DNA of 64,000 nucleotides, taken from assembly GCA_964612195.1 (NCBI GenBank), contig CAZTDV010000011.1, positions 4,950 to 68,949 of the forward strand, written 5' to 3'. Of this stretch, positions 39,890-47,067 are shown one piece after another. The first letter of the stretch is position 1; the number at the start of each line of letters is the position of its first letter. The notes below the pieces were generated by a model. It was not told where the DNA came from, made no database searches, and was given only the letters and a program-made list of their open reading frames with translations. Made by a program: the position numbers and the translations under genes. The DNA comes from an uncultured Sediminibacterium sp. (lineage in GTDB: Bacteria > Bacteroidota > Bacteroidia > Chitinophagales > Chitinophagaceae).

Positions 39890-40608
39890 TAAATAAATAG
39901 ACTGGCTGCTTTGGTTAAACTCTCAGGCTTTCCTACATCTAATAATAATGCCCCTGTATGATCAAAGCAATAAATATTTTCTGTAGCACATAAGTCTAAA
40001 TAAACATCTACCATCGAAAATTTTCCTTCCTGTTTAATTTTTGCAAATAACGATTGTTGAACAACATGAATTCCACTAAATGCCCTACTATGTAATCCAT
40101 TGGTTTTAAGACCTGCAGGCTTTACTTCGCCTGTTCCCTCATGCTTCCAACCTTTTAATTTACTATCATCTCCAAATAAAAAATACCTTGAAGTGGTTCT
40201 TTGTGATACTGCCAATGTAGCCAATGCATTTGTTTGCTTATGCTGGTGTATCATTTGATCTAATTGCATATTGGTTAAAATATCTGCATTCATAATTACC
40301 AACTGCTCCTCTCCTTTAAAAAAATGCGCTGCTTTTTTTAAGCCCCCTCCCGTTTCTAATACTTCATCTGTTTCATCTGAAATATGAATAGTAGATCCCC
40401 ATCCATCATTGGCTTCAATTGTATCAATTATTTGATTGGCAAAGTGATGCACATTCACCACTACCTCTTTAATTCCATATTGTTGCAAGTACAATATATT
40501 TCGCTCTAATAAAGACTTCCCATTCACTAGGGCTAATGCCTTGGGATGCTTGTCTGTCCAGGGTTTCAGCCTGCTCCCTAATCCCGCTGCAAAAATCATT
40601 GCTTTCAT
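39889..40608 (-). CDS. Sugar-1-phosphate nucleotidyltransferase, MurU-like
   Basis: MKAMIFAAGLGSRLKP.T...PKAL, LETGGG; directly downstream of an AmgK-like kinase. Confidence 0.85.
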   Translation of the reverse strand: MKAMIFAAGLGSRLKPWTDKHPKALALVNGKSLLERNILYLQQYGIKEVVVNVHHFANQIIDTIEANDGWGSTIHISDETDEVLETGGGLKKAAHFFKGEEQLVIMNADILTNMQLDQMIHQHKQTNALATLAVSQRTTSRYFLFGDDSKLKGWKHEGTGEVKPAGLKTNGLHSRAFSGIHVVQQSLFAKIKQEGKFSMVDVYLDLCATENIYCFDHTGALLLDVGKPESLTKAASLFI

Positions 40609-40616
40609 ACGATGCT

Positions 40617-42056
40617 TTATTTAACCCAGTTGGCGCTATTGGTATGTGTTAAATTAACTTTTAGTTTGTATTTATTTCTTAAGTGTCTTGCAGTTTGTTC
40701 TGCTGCATATACACTTCTGTGCTGTCCACCCGTACAACCAAAATTGATCATCAAATTAGCAAATCCCCTACTTAAATATTCTTCTACTGTTATATCTATC
40801 AAATCCCAAACACTATTCAAATATTTATCCATTTTAGTTCTCTGCTCTAAAAAATCTTGCACAGGTTTATCTTTTCCTGTTAATTTTTTATACTCATCAA
40901 ATCTTCCTGGATTCAAAATTCCTCGCATATCAAACATAAATCCTCCACCGTTTTCTGTATCGTCTACGGGTAGCCCTCTCTTATAGCTAAAACTATTTAC
41001 CTCAATTGTTAATGGCGTGTTTTCATTGGCCTGTGGAGCAACAAATTTGTTGATCATGTTTTGATCTACCACTAATTTTAATACTCGGTCAAATTCAGGT
41101 GTAACAATACCTACTCGCTTATGCTCCATAAAAAATTTAAGGTTCTGCAAAGCCAATGGTATGCTTGCTAAAAAATGAGCTTTCCGCTCAAACAAGCCCC
41201 TAAATCCATAAGCACCCAATACTTGCAACAAACGAATCAACACATATCCATTGTATTGACTTACAAACGTAATGCGGTCTACTGGCTCATCTAATAATAG
41301 ATCTACTTGATCCATATAATATGCTAGCAAATTATCTTTCCATTCTTCACTCAATTCTGCTTTTGCTTGCCACAATAAAGAAGCCACATCGTATTGCAAT
41401 GCGCCTTGCATGCCTCCTTGATAATCTATAAAGTGTACCTGATCATTTTGTACAATAATATTCCTGCTCTGGAAATCGCGGAACATGAAAAACTTATTCT
41501 GCGTTCTAGTTAAATAAGTACTGAGTGCATCAAAATCGTCTAGCATTGCCTGCTTATCGTAAGGCAATTGTAGGGTATCTAAAAAATAATATTTAAAATA
41601 CAAGAGGTCGCTCATGATGGCCTGCTTACCAAATTCTTTTGCAGTTAAACACCAACTATAATCTAACCCTTTATGTCCTAACACTTGCACTTTGGCCAAT
41701 TGCGCCAAGCTTTGCTGAAATAATTGATACGAATAATCGCCATGTCCGTGAGTTTCCAATTTATTCAACAAAGAGTCTGTTCCTAAGTCTTCTTGTAAAT
41801 AAATAGTATTGGTTTCATTCACGCCCAAAATGGCTGGAACAGGCAAATTAACTTGCTTAAAATGCTTACTGAAATAAACAAATGTGGCCGTCTCTTTTGT
41901 ATTGATATTGTACGTGGCTATAAATGTTTGCGTACCTGCATATACCCTAAAATAAATTCGGTCGCTTCCACTTTGAGGTAGTTTCTCTATTCGGTCGGGC
42001 GTTAGCTTTAATACTTCCTGACAAAGTGCTTCAATTGCTGCTATAACTGATTCCAT
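40617..42056 (-). CDS. AmgK-like anomeric sugar kinase fused to a RapZ C-terminal domain
   Basis: N-terminal GSDRIYFR, QEDLG, RDFQSRNI, IDYQ, YDVASLL; C-terminal SFSYKRG, FDMR..NP, GCTGGQHRSV. Confidence 0.85.
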   Translation of the reverse strand: MESVIAAIEALCQEVLKLTPDRIEKLPQSGSDRIYFRVYAGTQTFIATYNINTKETATFVYFSKHFKQVNLPVPAILGVNETNTIYLQEDLGTDSLLNKLETHGHGDYSYQLFQQSLAQLAKVQVLGHKGLDYSWCLTAKEFGKQAIMSDLLYFKYYFLDTLQLPYDKQAMLDDFDALSTYLTRTQNKFFMFRDFQSRNIIVQNDQVHFIDYQGGMQGALQYDVASLLWQAKAELSEEWKDNLLAYYMDQVDLLLDEPVDRITFVSQYNGYVLIRLLQVLGAYGFRGLFERKAHFLASIPLALQNLKFFMEHKRVGIVTPEFDRVLKLVVDQNMINKFVAPQANENTPLTIEVNSFSYKRGLPVDDTENGGGFMFDMRGILNPGRFDEYKKLTGKDKPVQDFLEQRTKMDKYLNSVWDLIDITVEEYLSRGFANLMINFGCTGGQHRSVYAAEQTARHLRNKYKLKVNLTHTNSANWVK

Positions 42057-42111
42057 TAAACCTTGCTGTTTTAACGAAAATAAAGCTAAGTCTTCAAAGC
42101 ACGGGCATCAA

Positions 42112-42651
42112 TCAGGGTTTAAGCCCAAATACATTTACCTGACGATAATCGTCTTGCGCATAACGCTTGCGCATCAACACCAATTCGGTAATGGTAAACA
42201 AACCTGCAAAACAAGGTTGATTGCTGCGTAAATAAGGCCTTACACTAAAATAAATTTCCTTGCACTGGTAACTGCTGATGTACTGGCTCACTACTTTTAG
42301 TTGTGTGGCCAATTGTTGAAAGGGCGTCATATCTGTAATATGCACCTGCAATCTACCTGTGGCATCGTCTATCTGTTGGGCTATTTGAATGGTAAATTGT
42401 TCCTTATTGCTAATGATACGATGCATCCAACGGATAATCGTTTCTTCCATTTGTTCGGTGGCTTCAAATACCGCAATTTCAATGGGAAGGACTGCTGATT
42501 CGGCCTGATCTCCTGGAAGGGTTAGTGTACTTGCACTGGAGGCATTTGCACCTGCAAAACAAGGATAAGCCATTAGTAAATACTGCTCCCTTTCGCTACT
42601 AATAGGGGTCTGTTGAGCACTGTTCAAAACACATCCTGCCTGCATAAACAA
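42112..42651 (-). CDS. Hypothetical protein divergent from umuD (start uncertain, possibly ATG 42645)
   Basis: 179-aa ORF fills the gap; possibly a degenerate 2H-phosphoesterase-like fold without HxT motifs. Confidence 0.6.
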   Translation of the reverse strand: MFMQAGCVLNSAQQTPISSEREQYLLMAYPCFAGANASSASTLTLPGDQAESAVLPIEIAVFEATEQMEETIIRWMHRIISNKEQFTIQIAQQIDDATGRLQVHITDMTPFQQLATQLKVVSQYISSYQCKEIYFSVRPYLRSNQPCFAGLFTITELVLMRKRYAQDDYRQVNVFGLKP

Positions 42652-42662
42652 AAATTTAATTG

Positions 42663-42701
42663 ATAACTATTTTAGTATAAATTTACTAAATTATTTAGTA
42701 A
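42663..42701. promoter_or_regulatory. Candidate SOS operator(s): CTAA-N5-TTAG plus a degenerate copy
   Basis: Perfect palindrome TTACTAAAT-T-ATTTAGTAA (42683-42701) and ATAA-CTATT-TTAG (42663-42675) in the umuD divergent promoter. Confidence 0.7.
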
Positions 42702-42716
42702 GTAAAAATTTATTTT

Positions 42717-43151
42717 ATGGATGGGGAAATCGGGTACGGAGCCGCCTACAAAGGCTCTAAGCAATACACGCAATGGGAAGTGCCCACTGCCAATGCCACT
42801 GGATTTGGGGCTGCTGCCGACGACTATATGGAGCGAGGCATAGACTTAAATGAACAGTTGGTACACAATAAACCCGCCACGTTTTTCTTTAGAATGAACA
42901 GTGATGCCATGATGGGCGCAGGTATTTTTAGTGGAGACACTCTAGTAGTAGACCGCAGCATCAAACCCATAAGTGGCAAAATCATCATTGCCATTTTAGA
43001 TGGGGAATTGCTGGTGAGAAGGTTACACAAAAATTTTAACCAACTAACCCTAGTGGCCGAGAACAAAAAATTTTCGGATATCCAACTCAGCGGTTTTGAT
43101 GAACGGGCCCAGGTTTGGGGAGTAGTTACCTATTCTATTCATGCGGTTTAA
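42717..43151 (+). CDS. umuD: UmuD-like S24 family protein with substituted catalytic dyad
   Basis: ADDYMERGIDLNEQL..ATFFFR..GAGI..GD.LVVDRS; upstream of umuC. Confidence 0.88.
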   Translation: MDGEIGYGAAYKGSKQYTQWEVPTANATGFGAAADDYMERGIDLNEQLVHNKPATFFFRMNSDAMMGAGIFSGDTLVVDRSIKPISGKIIIAILDGELLVRRLHKNFNQLTLVAENKKFSDIQLSGFDERAQVWGVVTYSIHAV

Positions 43152-43183
43152 TCATTCACGAGTATGCTCATTATCTAAACAAT

Positions 43184-44464
43184 ATGATTGGAATAATTGA
43201 TTGCAATAGTTTTTACTGTTCTTGTGAGCGACTTTTCTTGCCTGCCTTACAAGACGCGCCTGTAGTGGTACTCAGCAACAACGATGGGTGCATTGTATCG
43301 CGTAGCGACGAAGCCAAGCAAGCAGGTGTAGCCATGGGCGTACCTTATTTTCAAGCCAAACAATTGATTGAACAAAAAGGCATTCATACTTTTTCTTCCA
43401 ACTACAATTTGTATGGGGATCTTAGCTGGCGTGTGATGGAAACCCTGCGACAACTCTTGCCCCCTGATGCAGTAGAAGTGTATTCGGTAGATGAATGCTT
43501 TATTACGCTCGACCATATTGCGCGGGAACAGTTGGCGGCGTTTTCACTCCACCTAAAAGATACCGTAGAGCAATGGACTGGCATTAAAGTATCCATTGGT
43601 GTTGCGCCCACCAAAGTATTGAGCAAAGTAGCCAACAGATTGGCTAAAAAAAACAAAGTGGCCACTAATTGCATCATGGTACTTGATACACCAGAAGAAA
43701 TAGCCAACGCTTTGCAACGAACTGCTGTTGAAGATATCTGGGGCGTGGGTAGACAGTATGCTGAAAAATTACGCAAATACAATATCAATACGGCTTTTGA
43801 CTTACGCGGTATGCCCGCTACATGGGTACAAAAAAATATGGGGGGCATTGTAGGAGAACGATTGCTGAGAGAATTGAATGGCATCAAAAGCATTGAAATG
43901 AAAGACCCATTACTTAATAAAAAAATGATTGCTACTACGCGTATGTTTGGCAAAAATGTAACCAGCAAAGAACATATTAAAGAAGCCATTGCTACCTATA
44001 TTACTCGGGCTGCAGAAAAATTAAGAAGACAACAAAGTGCAGCTTCGGTAATTTATGTTTTTGTGGTGCCAAAACAAGAAAACAATGGTGGAAAATTCAG
44101 GCATGGAAATAGCATAGGCGGATACATTCATTTGCCACTTGCAACGGCAGCTACTAATGAATTGATTAAACCTGCAGTGGAACTGGTAGATCAATTATTT
44201 GAAGAGGGATGCGTATACAAAAAAGCAGGCGTGATTTTAAGCAGCATTGTTCCAGATGAATCCGTTCAAGGAAATTTGTTTGCACAAAAAGTTCCTCAAC
44301 AAAATAGATTACTCATGAGTACCATCGACAATATCAATTTTGCTATGCGCAACGATATGATTCAATTTGCTACCGCGGGCACCCAGCGCAACTGGAAAAT
44401 GCGTCAAGAACTTCGGAGCCCCCGCTACACTTCACGCTGGGAAGAATTATGTAAAGTTCGGTAA
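43184..44464 (+). CDS. umuC: Y-family DNA polymerase V catalytic subunit
   Basis: IDCNSFYCSCE, VLSNNDGC, SSNYNLYGDLS, YSVDE, C-terminal WKMRQELRSPRYTSRW; start at ATG 43184. Confidence 0.95.
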   Translation: MIGIIDCNSFYCSCERLFLPALQDAPVVVLSNNDGCIVSRSDEAKQAGVAMGVPYFQAKQLIEQKGIHTFSSNYNLYGDLSWRVMETLRQLLPPDAVEVYSVDECFITLDHIAREQLAAFSLHLKDTVEQWTGIKVSIGVAPTKVLSKVANRLAKKNKVATNCIMVLDTPEEIANALQRTAVEDIWGVGRQYAEKLRKYNINTAFDLRGMPATWVQKNMGGIVGERLLRELNGIKSIEMKDPLLNKKMIATTRMFGKNVTSKEHIKEAIATYITRAAEKLRRQQSAASVIYVFVVPKQENNGGKFRHGNSIGGYIHLPLATAATNELIKPAVELVDQLFEEGCVYKKAGVILSSIVPDESVQGNLFAQKVPQQNRLLMSTIDNINFAMRNDMIQFATAGTQRNWKMRQELRSPRYTSRWEELCKVR

Positions 44465-44488
44465 GATTTATAAAAAATATTTTTTTAC

Positions 44489-44507
44489 TGTAACCCATAT
44501 GGTTACA
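44489..44507. promoter_or_regulatory. Probable HigA operator palindrome
   Basis: TGTAACC-CATAT-GGTTACA overlaps a -7-like TACATTTA, 7 nt before the higB ATG. Confidence 0.75.
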
Positions 44508-44514
44508 TTTACTT

Positions 44515-44793
44515 ATGATTGTGAGTATTCGACACAAGGGCCTTAAACTTCTTTGGACAAAAAACGATGGGAAAAAACTCCCATCCGCACAGGTTCCAAG
44601 AATAAGACTTGTGCTTGAAATACTTGACGCAGCTGAATTAATTGATGATATAAATTATCCGGGATCCTTCCTGCATGCATTGAAAGGGGAGTTAAAGGGC
44701 TTCTGGTCAGTAACAATTACGGGTAATTATAGAATCATTTTCAGATTTGAGCATCAGAAAGTATATCTGGTAGATTATGTTGATTACCACTAA
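44515..44793 (+). CDS. higB: HigB-like toxin (RelE/ParE superfamily)
   Basis: MIVSIRHKGLK..LHALKGELKGFWSVTITGNYRIIFRF..VDYH. Confidence 0.92.
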   Translation: MIVSIRHKGLKLLWTKNDGKKLPSAQVPRIRLVLEILDAAELIDDINYPGSFLHALKGELKGFWSVTITGNYRIIFRFEHQKVYLVDYVDYH

Positions 44794-44805
44794 AATGAAA
44801 GCGTT

Positions 44806-45153
44806 ATGAAAGAAAAGTTAAAAAGAGGATTGCCTCCATCACATCCAGGATTCATCTTGAAAGAAATGTATCTAACACCACTGGAAATTACATTAACTGA
44901 GTTAGCAATCAAATTTAAGGTGGCTAGAAAAACTATATCGGAGCTGGTTAATGGCAAAGTTGGCGTGAGTGCAGAAATGTCTTTAAGATTAGCTAAAGCT
45001 TTTAATACAAGTCCTGAATTTTGGCTAAATCTGCAACGCAACTATGACCTTTTTGCTGCTTCAAATAAAATTAGCCTAACTGGCATTAGGCCATTCAACA
45101 AAGCATTAGCAGTAAAGGCAAGTTTAAAAACAAGAAAAAAAGTACCGCTTTAA
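44806..45153 (+). CDS. higA: HigA antitoxin
   Basis: HPGFILKEMYL, HTH, SAEMSLRLAKAFNTSPEFWLNLQRNYDL. Confidence 0.93.
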   Translation: MKEKLKRGLPPSHPGFILKEMYLTPLEITLTELAIKFKVARKTISELVNGKVGVSAEMSLRLAKAFNTSPEFWLNLQRNYDLFAASNKISLTGIRPFNKALAVKASLKTRKKVPL

Positions 45154-45166
45154 GTAATAGTAAAAC

Positions 45167-45709
45167 TTACTTCACGGGGAATTTGCTGAACAATGCCTTT
45201 ACGCCTTTGTCTGCAAATGCAGCCACTTTGGTACTATCATCAGGCAATGATCCCCGAAGGGTAGCTGTCCATAACATATGATTTTTAGCTGCATCAACTA
45301 TATGCAGCGTTATCGCTCCTCTTCTATACCTGCCTACTTCAATTTCTTTAGCCTCCCATTTGTAATTGCGTTGCCCCATATATTTCATCATTCCATCTGT
45401 TCTCCAATCGGTTTCTCTGGTTTGTACTTCTAGCTTAATAGCAATTCCAATATTAATCAAGAGGTCTGCATTATTACTCACTTGTTTAAACTGACGTTGC
45501 TCCATTTCTGATGCAATAACTTTTTTTAAGTAGCCAACACGATCATTAAATACTTCGGTAATGGTATCGCCAAAAGCAGTGAGTTCATAAAAAGAAAAGG
45601 TTTTGTACTTACTAAAGTCGGCTTCCGGCGCAGTAGACACATCTAGTACTTTAGAACTTGCGCAAGCAATTAGGCTAACAGAGAAAAGGATAATAATGAG
45701 CTGTTTCAT
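45167..45709 (-). CDS. Lipoprotein, DUF4136-like
   Basis: Lipobox LIAC, ADFSKYKTFSF, GAITLHIVDA...LW. Confidence 0.75.
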   Translation of the reverse strand: MKQLIIILFSVSLIACASSKVLDVSTAPEADFSKYKTFSFYELTAFGDTITEVFNDRVGYLKKVIASEMEQRQFKQVSNNADLLINIGIAIKLEVQTRETDWRTDGMMKYMGQRNYKWEAKEIEVGRYRRGAITLHIVDAAKNHMLWTATLRGSLPDDSTKVAAFADKGVKALFSKFPVK

Positions 45710-45809
45710 GTAAAAAAATTTGTAGATGGCTTAGGCCCCTTCATCAAATTTAAAAAAATAACAGCCAAAATAGTTCAGAGACCTTAATTTTGCAGAATTC
45801 TTGTAAAAA

Positions 45810-47003
45810 ATGAACCCTACACTGAACTCCAACGAATCGATCCCTTCTAAAAAGAAAAAAATAATTGTTTTAGGTAGCGGCCCCAACCGCATTGGGCAAG
45901 GAATTGAATTTGATTACTGTTGCGTACATGGTCTCCTAGCCATTAAAGAATGTGGATACGAAGCCATTATGGTGAATTGTAATCCAGAAACGGTTTCCAC
46001 CGATTTTGACATGGCAGACAAGCTTTATTTTGAGCCTGTATTTTGGGAACATTTATGGGAGATTATTGAACTAGAGCAGCCAGACGGAATCATTGTTCAG
46101 CTAGGTGGTCAAACTGCCTTAAAGCTGGCCAAACGGTTACACGAAAAAGGTATTCCAATAGTGGGTACTTCTTTTGAGAACATGGATATTGCAGAAGACA
46201 GAGGTCGTTTTAGTGATTTATTAAAAGAATTGAATATACCGTATCCTGAATATGGTACTGCATACAATGCCGAAGAAGCCATTGAAGTAGCTAATAAAGT
46301 GGGGTATCCTGTTTTGGTTAGACCTAGTTATGTAATTGGTGGGCAGCGCATGAGAATTGTGATTAATGATGAGGAAGTGGAGAAGGCAGTGATCAGCTTG
46401 CTAAAACATATTCCTGGCAATAAAATCTTAATTGATCATTTCTTAGACAGGTGCCAAGAAGCAGAAGTTGACGCCATTTTTGATGGAGAAGAATTTCATA
46501 TCATGGGCGTGATGGAACATATTGAACCTGCTGGTATTCATAGTGGTGATAGTAATGCGGTTTTACCTGCTTTTAATTTAACCCCATTGGTGATAGAAAC
46601 TATGGAGTTTTATGCAGAAAAAATTGCGCGTGCTTTAAATATCAAGGGTTTAATCAATATTCAATTTGCCATTAAAAATGGTAAAGTGTATGTGATTGAA
46701 GCTAACCCTCGTGCATCTAGAACCACCCCATTTATTGCTAAAGCATATCAAATTCCTTATTTGAATATTGCTACCAAAGTAATGCTGGGTGCTGCTAAGC
46801 TGTCTGAGTTTACCATGGAGAAAAAACTAGAAGGTTATGCCATTAAAGAACCCGTGTTTAGTTTCGATAAATTCCCTGGTGTAAACAAAGAGTTAGGACC
46901 TGAAATGAAGAGCACAGGTGAAGCCATTCGATTTATTAAAGACCTAAGAGATCCTTACTTCAGAACGCTTTACAAAGAGCGTAGTATGAACCTGAGTAGA
47001 TAA
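45810..47003 (+). CDS. carB: Carbamoyl-phosphate synthase large subunit, C-terminal ATP-grasp half only
   Basis: VLGSGPNRIGQGIEFDYCCVH, NCNPETVSTD, VRPSYV, EHIEPAGIHSGD, LGPEMKSTGE; only 397 aa. Confidence 0.9.
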   Translation: MNPTLNSNESIPSKKKKIIVLGSGPNRIGQGIEFDYCCVHGLLAIKECGYEAIMVNCNPETVSTDFDMADKLYFEPVFWEHLWEIIELEQPDGIIVQLGGQTALKLAKRLHEKGIPIVGTSFENMDIAEDRGRFSDLLKELNIPYPEYGTAYNAEEAIEVANKVGYPVLVRPSYVIGGQRMRIVINDEEVEKAVISLLKHIPGNKILIDHFLDRCQEAEVDAIFDGEEFHIMGVMEHIEPAGIHSGDSNAVLPAFNLTPLVIETMEFYAEKIARALNIKGLINIQFAIKNGKVYVIEANPRASRTTPFIAKAYQIPYLNIATKVMLGAAKLSEFTMEKKLEGYAIKEPVFSFDKFPGVNKELGPEMKSTGEAIRFIKDLRDPYFRTLYKERSMNLSR

Positions 47004-47025
47004 GGTATTAATACCTGATTTTGAA

Positions 47026-47056
47026 GCTGCAGCAAAAAACTGCAGCCTTTTTATTT
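47026..47056 (+). terminator. Intrinsic terminator after carB half
   Basis: GCTGCAG-CAAAAAA-CTGCAGC-CTTTTTATTT. Confidence 0.7.
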
Positions 47057-47067
47057 AGGTTTATTCA

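Noticed and set aside
43402-43989. 195-aa antisense ORF within umuC (and other short nested ORFs in the track)
   Set aside because: Fully overlaps a conserved gene in mirror frame and has no recognisable motifs.
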